Positions 1-12,631 of a stretch of DNA of 64,000 nt are shown one piece after another (the first letter of the stretch is position 1; each line of letters begins with the position of its first letter). The notes under the pieces were generated by a model. That model saw only the letters and a list, made by a program, of their open reading frames with translations. It was not told the origin of the DNA and ran no database searches. The position numbers and the translations under genes were made by a program. The stretch spans positions 201,252,001 through 201,316,000 of the forward strand of contig OZ024742.1 in NCBI GenBank assembly GCA_964016885.1. Direction: 5' to 3'. The DNA is from Eledone cirrhosa. Its lineage: Eukaryota.

Positions 1-340
1 CAGGCAACAAAACAATACAATCTACAAACTCTGTATCTGTTATTGTTTTAGTTGACTGTCATAGCCTAGTTCTTTTGGTGAAGTCGGTAGATTGGTCGTT
101 TGTTGCAATTATCAGAGCAACATTTAATTCTTTAACAAAAAGTTAATTAGGACGCCAGGGTGGCTTCTTGGGGAGACATGAATTTCGAAAACAATGTGTC
201 ACTTTCAGGGAGGATTTCTCGAGCCATTGTCTCCATACAGAGAATATTGTTGGCATTTAAAATGTTATCTTGAATACAATTTGATTTCAGAATTTGTATT
301 AGTTTCGTGCAATGAATCATCTAAAGATCTAAAGTCTCTC

Positions 341-608
341 TTAAGCCAGAAGGCTCGTTAGGCCGATGCTTATCCTGGTTTCATGGCGTGAAGCGATTGA
401 GAGTACAAGACTCCTCCCTGAACAGGTCGCCAGTCCAGCGAAGGTTTAAACCCCCAGCTATTATTGGTACGCATTTTCAGCTGAGTATCCTTGATCAACG
501 TGAAATGAAATGTTTCGCTGTAGAAGACAACCAGCAATCCCGTCCAGGAATCGAACCCACGACATTATGATCGTAATTCCAACACCCTTACCACTAGGGC
601 ACGCGCCT
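341..608 (-). mobile_element. tRNA-derived SINE
   Basis: Minus strand starts AGAGGCGCGTGCCCTAGTGGTAAGGG (A box) then GGTTCGATTCC (B box), followed by a non-tRNA body; no tRNA 3' arm. Confidence 0.7.
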
Positions 609-611
609 CTA

Positions 612-1100
612 CCTGAATGAATCATATTGAAGGATTATCTGAAATTCATAAATGTTAGTATTGGTTTCAGATTCTGCTCTCTTAACAACTCTAATAATAT
701 TTAAAAAAAAAAGGAATTTGTGTTGTAGTTCAGCGATTTGGTCTAAATTCGTTCTTGTGTTTTCCGAGGATTTGGTCCAGGTGGGGTCTGATTTTTGCAG
801 TAGCATATTGTATCTTTTCGCAGATAACCCTATACGTCTGTAATTTCCTGTTCTGCTAATGTCAGCCTTTTCTTTCGAACAAGGTTGGTTTTCAGCCATA
901 ACTTTCGTTTACGTATGTTTAGTTTTCTGTGAGGAGATCGGTTTTCCAAACCTCAATAGAAATGTGGTACTATCTTCTGCTTTGCTGTTTTGGGGAATGT
1001 TTTTCTGCACTTTCTGTATGGGCTTTTATGATGTTGCCATTAATGGAATTTGCAGTTTTGTCATTGACCTCAGATTTTAAGGTTTAAAATCTGTTCTTGA
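612..1100 (-). pseudogene. Highly decayed non-LTR (RTE-like) reverse transcriptase fragment
   Basis: Across frameshifts: KADISRTGNYRRIGLSAKRYNMLL / RPHLDQILRKHKNEFRPNR*TTTQI, resembling the NYRxISL...QNGFRxxRST region of LINE RT. Confidence 0.5.
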
Positions 1101-1582
1101 CTTCTACTAATTACATGAGATTTAATTTTTCAGCATTAATCAATTTGTTCTAATCATAGAGGAACTTTCCTTTTTACATATTTATTTGAGTGTGAGCGCA
1201 GTCTTATTTTATTACCATGGGATAATCAGATTCAATTGAACTGAAGAAACTATATGCTGTTATCACTATTTCTCTACTTGTTGTCATTTATTTATCCTTT
1301 GTATCCGTTTACATAGCTGACCGTCAATAATCTTTTCTTCTTTATATTATCAACAGAGTATCCAATTTGGCTAGTTCACATTTAGAATATTGAGAAGGTG
1401 CTGCCCATTTCGATTTGTCCATTTATGGTATGGTAATCCGTTTTGAATCTCCTTGTTCAATTCGTACATGTCTGTTCCAATCATGATGAGGTTATGTTTT
1501 AGGATGGAAATTGTCATTCTTGCAAGAAGGCTGAAGAATACTTTGTCCTCAACGTCTGCACTGTTTGTTGGTCTATATATGG

Positions 1583-1720
1583 AAGGCAGCGAAATATCAG
1601 AGTCGAAAAATGTCAGATAGAATGCCTAGTGGTATTAGTTCCAGCTTTCTGAGTTTAAATGCCACCGAGGTCAACTTGGCCTTTCATCCTTTCGAGCTCG
1701 ATAAAAAATGTACCAGTCTG
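1583..1720 (+). mobile_element. Degenerate Nin-domain-type SINE
   Basis: GAGTTTAAATGCCACCGAGGTCAACTTGGCCTTTCATCCTTTCGAGCTCGATAAAAAATGTACCAG matches the SINE core seen elsewhere in the window. Confidence 0.6.
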
Positions 1721-3054
1721 GTATCCGGCTCGATTCTTCATTCTATATTTCTTTCTTATTTCTCCTCCCTCACTTTCTATCTTTCTCTTGAAGAAATTTT
1801 GTGTGTTCAGACTTAGAGTGGAATGGGCTCTGCTAGGTCTAAAATGCTAAAGAAACGCCGATTACCACTACGCCGCCCTTAGAGTTCCATCACAAATGTC
1901 CGATACCAAACCATATCATACCATGTCATATTGATGTAACTGCTGCCTGAGAATTACCACTGAAAGTAACAGTCATTATGCTTGATGAAAAAAGAATAAT
2001 GTAAAATAAAATCATGCTTCAGAACAAAAATAGCTTTTTGTATACATTTTCACTATCCGAGTTGCATACGTAATCCATTGTCTATATGGCTAGCTTAAAT
2101 CCATTGATCCACTGTAAAATAAAATGTAAAATCTTCTCGTTGGTATAAAACTAATTCTACCGAATTAAAAGTTCAATACTCACATGTCTCAGCCATACAT
2201 TTGTAGTCATTATTTGGTTTTTCTCGTCCTAGAAAAGACAACAAAAAAAAAAACAAAACAAACGATAAATAAGTGAATAAATAGGTAATTATATATATAC
2301 GTCAATATATATATATATATATATTTATTTATGTGTGTGTGTTATTTATGTATATATATGTGTGTGTGTGAGTGGTAGAGAGTATGTGTGTGTTTGCATG
2401 TTTGTATCAGTGTGTTTGTTTGTGTGTGTGTGTGTGTATGAGGTTGTTTGTTTGTGAGTGTCTATGTGTATGAGGGTGTTTGTTTGAGTGTATGTAATGT
2501 GTGTGTGTATGAGTGTGCGTGTCTGTGTGCTAGGAATCTCCGTCGGTTCAGACGATGTGTGTTCCAGCTGTTGGATCAAAGTAACAACATACTCATATAG
2601 GGTTGAAAATTCCACAAATACGTGGACGCATAAAAATGTTTCTAAGGGATAATCAGCGTGAAGATGTAATCATTTTATGTCCTGATTATTTTCTACCCTG
2701 TCATATAGATTACAAGATACAATTATAGTTGTTTCTGTAATATATTCCATGAGTATATACTGGATTACAATATTTTCGCATCCAATTTTCATTGAGCTTT
2801 TATAAAGCAGCGAAGTAGAGATTTTTTTATTTCAATTTATTCATGCCTGCTTATGTATATATATATACATAAGCAGGCATAAGGGAGAAAGCAGCGATTA
2901 TTTGCTTAAAGATTAATATGTTATTTTAATAAATATTTGCTTTATGGTTTTATATATTTATATATATATATTATCCTTATCGAGCCCTCTTCGGATTAGT
3001 CTTCACAATTATTATTATTACTATACATACATATATATAGTTATATATATATTC

Positions 3055-3097
<43 letters not shown>

Positions 3098-3168
3098 CTT
3101 TGATAACTGTGATAGGTTTTGGCCAATATTAGCCCAGGCCATGTCTAACTTAATAGCACCACACCTGG

Positions 3169-3199
<31 letters not shown>

Positions 3200-3204
<5 letters not shown>

Positions 3205-3909
3205 TGTATGTATAGTATATTTGCTAATATACTGTATGTTTGATTAAAAACATTTTGAAGAGCATTCACTATGAATTTTAAAGTAGTGACTTTATCACTT
3301 ACTTATTCTCGGCAAAAGCAAAGGAGAGTAATCGACAGCCCTGTTTCTCGCTCATTAGCGTTTATCAAAACTACTCACCCCTTCGCTTCTGCCGAGAACT
3401 ATAGAATAGAAGCTGGATTCTTATAGAATTCCAGTAATATTTAAGAGCTGATTAAACAGAGTGGTTGCCGGTCCAGCAAAATTTAGGTATTAGTATTAGT
3501 GCTCTGAAATAGCGATGTATACATGTATGTATGTATAGTATATCTGAAAATATACTGTATGTTTAATTAAAAACATTTTGAAGACCATTCGCTCGAATTT
3601 TAAAGTAGTGACTATGTCACTTACATATTCTCGGCAAAAACAAAGGAGAGTATCCGACTGTCCTGTTTCTCGCTCATTAGCCTTTACCAAGACTACTCAC
3701 TCCTTCGCATCTTCTGAGCACTATAGAAGATGGATCTATCGATTAATCTCCTTTGTTTTTGCCGAGAATAAGTAAGTGACATAGTCACTACTTTAAAACT
3801 CATAGCGAATGGTCTTCAAAATGTTTTTAATTAAACATACAATATATTGCCAAATATACTATACATATATTCATGTATACATCGCTATTTCAGAGCACTA
3901 ATACTAATA
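3200..3909. mobile_element. PLE-type terminal fragment: partial tandem plus inverted copy
   Basis: 3200-3400 recurs directly at about 3525-3730; about 3748-3909 is the reverse complement of about 3490-3650; (TA)n flanks; same family as 7976-8827. Confidence 0.6.
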
Positions 3910-3938
3910 TGATATATGTATATATATATATATATATA

Positions 3939-4128
3939 GGAAAAGAGTCAGGACACCGACGGCTGAGCTCCGGCCGTTTCGACAGCTAGTTCTGAACTAG
4001 CTGTCGAAACGGCCAGAGCTCAACCTTCGGGATCCTAAATCTTTTCCTATTGCCCACTCTACTCCCCGAAGTATCTAATACTCGGGTGCGTTATAGTCCA
4101 CCTGGTTCCTTACCACACTTCCATCGTT
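3939..4128 (+). mobile_element. Pseudo-LTR fragment of the 48.4-52.7 kb PLE family with fold-back 5' end
   Basis: Matches reverse complement of 48391-48530; palindrome centred on TAGTTC-T-GAACTA near 3993. Confidence 0.7.
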
Positions 4129-4139
4129 ATATATATATA

Positions 4140-4386
4140 TATCATCATCATCATCATTTTACGTCCGCTTTTCCCTGCTTGCAAGGTTTGGAAGGGTCCT
4201 ATTCAGCACAGGATCTCTCCACTTATCACGGTCCTTCGTCATCTCCCGGGTGAGTTTTAGCGATCTGAGGTCTGCACTCACCACCTCCGCCATGTTTTTC
4301 GTGGTCTACCTCTTCTGCGTCTTCCTTCTACTAGGATTTCTTGGCACTTCTTTACCTAGTGGTCATCTTCCATGCGCATCACATGT

Positions 4387-4390
<4 letters not shown>
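4140..4390 (-). mobile_element. RTE-type LINE 3' fragment with (ATG)n tail
   Basis: Reverse complement of the 48066-48362 family; (CAT)n at 4141-4157. Confidence 0.75.
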
Positions 4391-4427
<37 letters not shown>

Positions 4428-5362
4428 GTAATAATAATAAATTTGAAGACTAAAATCCGAAGAGGGCTCGATAAGGATAAATATATATCAAATGACAGAT
4501 TAAAGTTTAAGCAAAGATAAATATATATAAAATAACAGATTAAAGTTTAAGCAAAGAATCGCTGCTTTCAGCCTTAACGGGATATTCTGAAACTAAAAAA
4601 ATCAATCTGTGAATGTAGAAGTAAATATTTCTAAAAAGGTTGCAACCGAAGGAAGACAGGAAGACGATACTTTGGTTCGTGGAAACGTTCCCAGCAAAGA
4701 ACGAAAAAATACGAATATAAAACGTCATTATTTGGAGCGGTGAAAACAATTACACGCAAAGACAAAACCACGTTTATGGTATAAATGAAGTCGTAGACTA
4801 ATATTCTATTAGGTGGTTCATGGAGAGGTTCTCTGGCAATGAACGGAAAAACGAAGATAATACGTCATTAAGTGGAGCGGTGAGAACAATTACGCGCAAA
4901 GACAAAACCACGTTTATGGTATAAACGAAGTTGTAGACTAAAATTCTATTTAGAAAACCCAGTGATTCTCGGCTTCAGGGTTAAGAATAATGTAAATAAA
5001 TACAGAGGTAATTAAAAACAACAAAAATTAAATATATACATGCACGCATCCATATACGTACATACACATGCATACGCGAAAACACCCGCCATGGGTATGC
5101 AAATACAAGCATGTACACAAAAATAACACGCACGCACATACAGAACCCACGCAACGCCTGTGCCCGCACACACGCGAACGTTTACACCAAATACACATAC
5201 AAATATACATAAAAAAAAGAAAATATATATGTGTCTGTGTGCGTGTATAACGTTTTTTCGAAATATTTATTTCTGCGTTCACAGATTGAATTTTTTAGTT
5301 TCAGAAGATCCCGTTAAGCGTGAAAGCAGCGTTGTTTGCTTAAACTTTAATGTGTTATTTTA

Positions 5363-5365
<3 letters not shown>
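4428..5365 (-). mobile_element. 3' UTR/pseudo-LTR of the 58.2-59.9 kb PLE family with inverted terminal piece
   Basis: 4428-5200 is the reverse complement of about 59100-59895; 5250-5365 inverts about 4525-4640; related pieces at 2880-3020 and 24005-24406. Confidence 0.7.
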
Positions 5366-5401
<36 letters not shown>

Positions 5402-5404
5402 TAT

Positions 5405-6152
5405 CCGAGTAAATTTTCAATACCCGAATTACTTGATCGTTTTTTGGGCTATGCGAATGAGTGTTTAACCATCGTCTCAGTGTGTTTGGCCTTTAACGTT
5501 GAATCATTGAGCACTTGCCGCACGTCTCGGGGGTTGTTTTTCGTTATTTCGTGGGCCAAAATGCGAATCTTGATAATTTATGTTTGTATTATTCTCCAGA
5601 CTAGCTATTGACCAGTTAATTTTCTTGATTTTTTAGTTGATTCTATTGACTGATGAATAGCTGATGTTAATTTTAACCCTTCTGTTGAGAACTCTATTCG
5701 ATTTGTGATGTTTTTGCATTCTTGCAAAAATATACACAACTGAATTCATTCGCCTGATATAGGTGTTGCCTCCCTTGTCGATCCCCACGTGGAGTCAGCA
5801 ATAGTCAGTCCTTGTATTAACATTGAACTAAAACCTGTTGAGAAAGTGGCTTCCTTGTTCAATCATCTTACCAGAAGCCTGACATTATTTATGTACTTGA
5901 TTTAGGAGCCGCAGAAACCCATATACTGGATTTTACCAACCTTCCAGGGGTCTGGGTAAATTTTCAATACCCGAATTACTTGATTGTTTTTTTGGTTATG
6001 CGAATGATTGTTTAACCATCGTCTCAGTGTGTTTGGCCTTTAACGTTTGTTATAGCTCTGGTTCATCTGAATCATTGAGCACTTGCCGCACATCTCGGAG
6101 GTTGTTTTTCGTTATTTCGTGGGCCGAAATGCGAATCTCGATAATTTATGTT
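5405..6152 (+). mobile_element. Non-coding partial-tandem repeat element
   Basis: 5405-5585 repeats at about 5955-6152; whole block is the reverse complement of 63123-63822; diverged relative at 30520-30860; (TA)n flanks. Confidence 0.65.
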
Positions 6153-6177
6153 TATATATATATAAATATATTTCTAA

Positions 6178-7600
6178 GATGATGCAGATGATGATTACTT
6201 CATCTAGTCATATGATATCCCTCTCAACATCGACTCAATCCCTCCACCAAGTTTACAGCCTCCCATGTGCAGGGAGGTGACTTTTTAAACCAACAACTGA
6301 TTTTCAAAGTTTTTGACACAAGTAACAGAAGTATGCCAGTGTGTATATTGAGTTTATTGGATCAAGATGTAGAATTTCATGTTGAACCATTCACATGGCG
6401 TTTCAACTTGGAAGTTTTTTTAAACATATTTTGCTACAAATTTGACACGTAGTCACATCTAGAGATTTGCAACATAATACGCCTGTGGCGTTGCCTGTTC
6501 ATGCGCTTTCATATGTATTACAAAACCGAATTTAGAGATAAGGACTCTGTGACAGCAATTACAATTCCAATAATCAACATTTTCAAGCCCAACCTACGCA
6601 CCCTTTCTTGGTGCCTCTTTTTCACCCAACAGTTGACACCCTGATTTAATTTTCTTTCTCCATGTATTAGTATCAAGAGCTTGTCTTTCCCATTGGTTTA
6701 TATCTAAACCCAAACATTTTACATTTTCCTTACTAATATCAGTATACCTTTGCTTAGGCATATGCTGTGGTCTTATTCCTTGCACAACCTCACCAAAAAC
6801 GATTTCCGTTGGAGGCCTTGCGTCATTCATGCAAACAAGTTGCCATACCCAGCTCATCTGACACTTAATAACACGGGAACTGATTCTAGAGCAGCCAGAA
6901 TGTTGTAAAATTTCAGTGCCAGGTGTTATGCTTCTCCATTTTATACCTTTAGTGGTATCTTTGAAGTATCTAGAAATGCCGCTGTTGTGTGGGCCATGCT
7001 TCACACTCATTCAACAATACTGTAAGCACATAGTTATTACTATACTCAATGTTACGCCGCTGTATGACCACACCCTTTCCACTAATTTTCCAAATGCAGT
7101 GCTTGTTTTCTGTACTTAAGCATCTAAACCCTCACCCCTTGACAGAGTACTAACCATCTAGACACAAAACCATCCACACCGCCATCCAAATCACATTCAC
7201 ATATATATTTGGCACAACATAAGGATTTCATGGTGCTGGAGTGTACATCACCATACTCTAAGTTAAGCTTACAGTAAGCCCAAAAGAAAAACATCGTTTT
7301 AGTAAACTTACCCATTGTGTACTGCATGTCTGATTATAAGTGTGCAACAAAGTCCACATAGTCAGCATACAAACGTTATCAAGCACATTGAATGTCACAG
7401 ATTTATTATTGATTCTTCTTAAATTAAAAGCTTACTCAGATGTCCAGAAACGCAGGTTTATGCCTCAATTAGAGTTGCGGAATACATAAAGAAAGGAGAA
7501 CTGCAAAGTATATTGCAAATAGGGTTGGAGCAGGAATATCCCCTTGCTTAACGCCATTGTCTATTGGTAACATGTAAGCCAATACAACCTGTTGCAAGTT
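6178..7600 (-). pseudogene. Decayed RTE-clade LINE 3' half: RT motifs, C-terminal domain and three C2H2 zinc fingers
   Basis: GVKQGDIPAPTLF near 7510-7555, YADY near 7360-7370, ORF 6594-7010 (RPPTEIVFGEV...PKQRYTD...WERQALDTNTWR), fingers at 6264-6563, (ATC)n-like tail at 6178-6197. Confidence 0.75.
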
Positions 7601-7766
7601 CACTAGGCTCTCACAAACTTACACACACACATACACACACATAAACACATATACACATACAACACACGTACATAAGATGGGAAAATTTGAAATGTGTGGG
7701 TCACAATGCAAATATGCAAATAACAATAGAGATAGTCGATAATTATAAATAATAGTTATTTATTAA

Positions 7767-7862
7767 GGTTAACTTTGCCTTTCATCCTTACGGGGTCGAT
7801 AAAATAAAATACCAGTAATGTACTGAGTAATTGCTGGCCTTGTGCCAAAAGTAGAAACAATT
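7767..7862 (+). mobile_element. 5'-truncated Nin-domain-type SINE
   Basis: GGTTAACTTTGCCTTTCATCCTTACGGGGTCGATAAAATAAAATACCAG...GTAGAAACAAT. Confidence 0.75.
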
Positions 7863-7930
7863 ATAAATAATAGTTAAAAATTCAAGTAAATATTTTTTCC
7901 TTTTCAGGTGTACTTTATCAAATTTTCTCA

Positions 7931-7975
<45 letters not shown>

Positions 7976-7977
<2 letters not shown>

Positions 7978-8827
7978 GAATGTATATATAGTGTATTTTG
8001 CAATACACTGTATGCTTAATTAAAAGCATTTCGAAGACCTTATGCTATTGTTTTAGAGTAGTGACAGACTCACTTACTTTAATTTTCAGCAAACAGGGGG
8101 AGATAAAGCTGACAAGGCCTTGTTTCGCATTTATTGATGCTTATCAAAGCCAACTACTCCTCCTGTTTGCTGAAATCATGGATGTTTGGTTCTTATAGAA
8201 TTCTAGTAAATAATCAGAAACTGATTATACAGAGCAGTTGCCGGTCAAGCAGAAATTGAAAATTAGAATTGGTGCTCTGAAATAGCTATATATATATGAA
8301 TATATATATAGTGTATTTTGCAATACACTGTATGCTTAATTAAAAGCATTTCGAAGACCTTAAGCTATTGTTTTAGAGTAGTGACAGTCTCACTTACTTA
8401 AGGTCTTCAAAATGCTTTTAATTAAGCATACAGTGTATTGCAAAATACACTATATATGCATTCATATATATATAGCTATTTCAGAGCACCAATTCTAATT
8501 TTCAATTTCTGCTTGACCGGCAACCGCTCTGTATAATCAGTTCCTGATTATTTACTAGAATTCTATAAGAACCAAACAGCCATGATTTCAGCAAACAGGA
8601 GGAGTAGTTGGCTTTAATAAGCATCAATAAATGCGAAACAAGGCCTTGTCAGCTTTATCCCCCCCCCCCCCGTTTGCTGAAAATTAAAGTAAGTGAGTCT
8701 GTCACTACTCTAAAACAATAGCGTAATGTCTTCAAAATGCTTTTAATTAAGCATACAGTGTATTGCAAAATACACTATATATACATTCATATATATATAT
8801 AACTATTTCAGAGCACCAATTCTAATA
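7976..8827. mobile_element. PLE-type terminus: tandem plus long inverted duplication
   Basis: 8400-8785 is the near-exact reverse complement of 7976-8360; 7976-8078 repeats at 8297-8400; (TA)n both sides. Confidence 0.7.
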
Positions 8828-9147
8828 TATATATATATATATATATTGGGTTGTCAAGTATGAAATTTGTAGAAATTTGTTTTATTTCAACAAAGTTTTA
8901 ACACATTTCATACTTGACGACCATATACAATATACAGCTAAAAAACAGAAGCCTGCATAGCAAGGCTTTTTGCATATGAATTCAAAACACTGGGACTCAC
9001 GGGACAAGGAAAGCTGAAAAATGGACAGCATCCTCTCTTCAGTCAGCCTCTGGAAATCACTCCCCCTCCCATATATATAGACACACACACTCACGCATAA
9101 ATATATATGTATATACATATATACACACACATATATGTATATATATG

Positions 9148-9248
<101 letters not shown>

Positions 9249-9689
9249 AGAAGCACACTCATATATGAAATGTATATAGTCATGACAACTGAGTAATTGT
9301 GCATTTTAACAATCAACGTTAATTTTTCCTGTAAGACGTTCTTTCCAATACTTCCTATTGTCTTCTATATAACACAATAAAATCCTTTGCTCACATCAAC
9401 TGATTATATTCTTATTCAAATTATATATTTCTATGGTTATCGAATTTGTCTTTCGGGTATTTGAAAATCATTTAAGCATTGGAAATTGTTGCCAATTTCA
9501 TCTCAATCAAACCAGACTTTTTTGTTGATTTATTATGCATAGAGTTATGTGAGTAAGGATGGATGGATGGAAGTATACACATATATTTAGAGGTCTGTAT
9601 GTATGTACGCATGGTGGTTTGAATGTATGGATATACAAATATATATTTAGAAGCGTGTATGTAAATGTATGTATGTATGAATGTATGTA

Positions 9690-9887
9690 CAAAGGTCGGC
9701 TAAAACTTTCATTGGTTGGCTATGAATGATATGTGCTAGAATTGTGAAATCTTGCGTGCATTAATTTCAACTCTTCTTATTAATAACTACATTGTTTCTT
9801 TCCAGGGAATATGTAGAAAAATATACCTCATTTAGTCATTCCTTAAGAATACCTTGGTTAGCATATAAACTTTTCAGCCTACTCATG
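9690..9887. mobile_element. Mariner-like MITE
   Basis: Imperfect TIRs CAAAGGTCGGCTAAAACTT / AACTTTTCAGCCTACTCATG flanked by TA. Confidence 0.4.
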
Positions 9888-10102
9888 TACGTATGTTTGT
9901 GTTCGCATGTATGTATGCATGTATATATGTATATATGTATGTGGATGGATGTATTCAAGCACATTTTTACATTTTCCTGGAGATATATAAATTTGAATAT
10001 ATTTGGATTCTAAGTAGAAAAGTGTCAATAAATTCGAAGTTAAAACTTGGTCACTTCGTCTGCCATAAAGAGCAATCATAAGAAATAATTACATCTATCT
10101 AT

Positions 10103-10135
<33 letters not shown>

Positions 10136-10138
<3 letters not shown>

Positions 10139-10348
10139 GGTGGCCATTGAAAAACCTGTTCGTTTTCAATCTTTTTCATTTTAATTCTTTTGTTACAGGT
10201 TATAGAGCCACGCGTAGTTGTTTTTCATATATAATACTTTAAAAAATCCATTATTTATATTTCCATATGAAATAATAAAAAAAAACAAAAAAACATGTGA
10301 TTGTAAAAGTTATTTTTGTTTTTTTATCATTCTGTCTTTCAGTGGCTC

Positions 10349-10353
<5 letters not shown>
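10136..10353. mobile_element. Tc1/mariner-like MITE
   Basis: Imperfect TIRs CAGGGTGGCCATTGAAA / TTTCAGTGGCTCCCCTA embedded in (TA)n. Confidence 0.45.
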
Positions 10354-10407
<54 letters not shown>

Positions 10408-11006
10408 TCTATACTCGTATGTGGACCTTGACCCCGGAATCAACTACCATCCTAGGATTTTACTAACCATTCCACCACATCTTCTTACGGAATCACCTTT
10501 ATGACTCACCCACACACACACCCCCAAAAAATGTTTTTCCCACACGCCACCTACACCCACAACACGCTTAAACACCACACGCACGTGCGTTCCACCACAT
10601 ATTTACACATTCAGCCTCCGGATTCCTCTCCCCCAACCTCTCTATCCACACACGCACACACACTCCGACCTACACCCCCCCACACATACCTCTTCCTGAA
10701 CATGCAACCCCGTTCTTCCCCCAACCCTTGCTTTCACATACACACACACACACGTACACCTACACACACACACCAACTTCAGCCCTCCCCGCTCGGACAC
10801 CCCGTCTCCCTCTCCCCACTCCCCCCGCCACCACCCCTACACGCCCCACACCCATCCACCACCTGTTTTACCCCATTTTAATTTTATTTTGATCATGCTT
10901 TTATTTTTAATTTCATTTGCACCGTTTCCTCCCACCCCCTTTTGCTATATATCTCTCCACCACTCCCCTACACACCCTTTGAACTATCTTCCCACACAAT
11001 TTTCAC

Positions 11007-11034
11007 CTGAAGAAGGGCTTATGCCCGAAACGTC
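11007..11034 (+). ncRNA. Minimal type I hammerhead ribozyme motif
   Basis: CTGAAGA-A-GGGC-TTAT-GCCC-GAAA-CGTC with ACGT palindromic helix III, in a C-rich PLE-like 3' end (about 10410-11125). Confidence 0.7.
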
Positions 11035-11123
11035 GTTCCCCATCACCACCCCACTCTCAAGAGCGTGAAATTAATAAACATTCGTTGTACTGCCTCTCTG
11101 TTTTGTTCCTGTTCAAATTTTCC

Positions 11124-11181
<58 letters not shown>

Positions 11182-11250
11182 CAGAACAAGTAATGATCAA
11201 ACAATGTTTTAAATAAATTAAAAAACGATTAAATATTCACCTGTTCTATT

Positions 11251-11330
11251 GCCGTTACCGACGGTTTCACTAATCAAAAGATTGGAAATTCAGAGAATTT
11301 CCAATGGAAAGAATTAGATCTTCAGACAGC
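11251..11330 (-). ncRNA. Type I hammerhead ribozyme, extended helix II
   Basis: GCTGT-CTGAAGA-T-CTAAT..ATTGGAAATT-CTCTG-AATTTCCAAT..ATTAG-T-GAAA-CCGTCG-GTA-ACGGC. Confidence 0.8.
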
Positions 11331-11437
11331 TATTTCCATACTATAAGGGTATAAAGCCTCATAGTAAGTTAATATTTCGCTTCCTGCCCGTTGCATGCAG
11401 TCAAGCCGTTAAAGTGACTTACACACAAAAATAGGCC

Positions 11438-11518
<81 letters not shown>

Positions 11519-11566
11519 CTAAATATATATGTGTGTGTGTGTGTATGTATATATATATATATATAT

Positions 11567-11765
11567 TAGAAAGTGTTTTTTTTTACAAAATGAAAAATAC
11601 CCGAGGTGTCCTACACGAGTGAAAGTATAAAGAAAAAATATGAAATCGAAAATGCAACTGGAGTCTTTTTTAAAAATATATATATATATTTATTTGATTC
11701 CTTTACCGGTTTCGCAGATCTGCTTTTCAAAAGTAGAATTGAGATGGAGTGTCTGTGATTTTTCT
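11567..11765 (-). mobile_element. Pseudo-LTR fragment of the 20.3-22.9 kb PLE family
   Basis: Closely matches 20300-20505; same end AGAAAGTG next to (TA)n; further copies at 32247-32382 and 33988-34162. Confidence 0.75.
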
Positions 11766-11817
11766 CTCTCTCTCACACACACACACACATACAGACACAT
11801 ATATATATGTATATATG

Positions 11818-11895
<78 letters not shown>

Positions 11896-12118
11896 TATAT
11901 ATGTATATATATGTATATATGTATATATATATATATACTTGTATATATACGTACATAAAATTGTAGGAATCTCAAACACGGAAAGAGCTGTAAAACACCC
12001 AGAAAGTTATTAGGAATAGTAAAGAGTGGGTAAACATAGAACCTCTTACGGAAGGATGGCCAGAACGTTCAGAGAAGAGGGAGAGACGCAGAAAGATAGA
12101 GAGAGAAAGAGAGAGAGT

Positions 12119-12199
<81 letters not shown>

Positions 12200-12631
12200 G
12201 AAACAGGGAGTGTTGGAGAGCGAGAACGAAAAAAGTATGGCATAATATTTGACATGGACATTTATGAAAGATAAAACGGTGATGAAAAGTTAAAGAACGT
12301 AAAATAAAGAACTATAGCGTCGTAATCACTTCGTTAGCTTTCTTCTAGCCCCGTGATTTCGCGCGGGTAAAAAGCAAGTATCATGTATCTAAAGCTAGCC
12401 TGCGCAACAAAAACAATTTCTGTTGGTATGATGTTTGTATATAGAAAAAACAAAATAAGAGAGCAATAGATACACGTCCGTATTGGGCTGTGATTGAAAA
12501 GGAGGTAGTATCTCATTGAACCAGCAGGCGATAAAACAGAGGAAGTAATTCCAGTAGTGGTGGAGGTAGTGTAGGAGAGGGGTTAGAGAGAGAAGGAGTC
12601 TAAAATAGATAGATAGATGGATAAATAAAAC

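Noticed and set aside
535-608. tRNA gene
   Set aside because: A/B boxes present but sequence continues into a SINE body without a closing acceptor stem.
6264-6563. Host C2H2 zinc-finger gene
   Set aside because: No TGEKP linkers; contiguous with RTE coding sequence and tail; contains a stop and frameshift.
7890-7935. Splice acceptor TTTTCCTTTTCAG|G
   Set aside because: No convincing exon or donor follows; such motifs are frequent in AT-rich DNA. Small host exons cannot be excluded.
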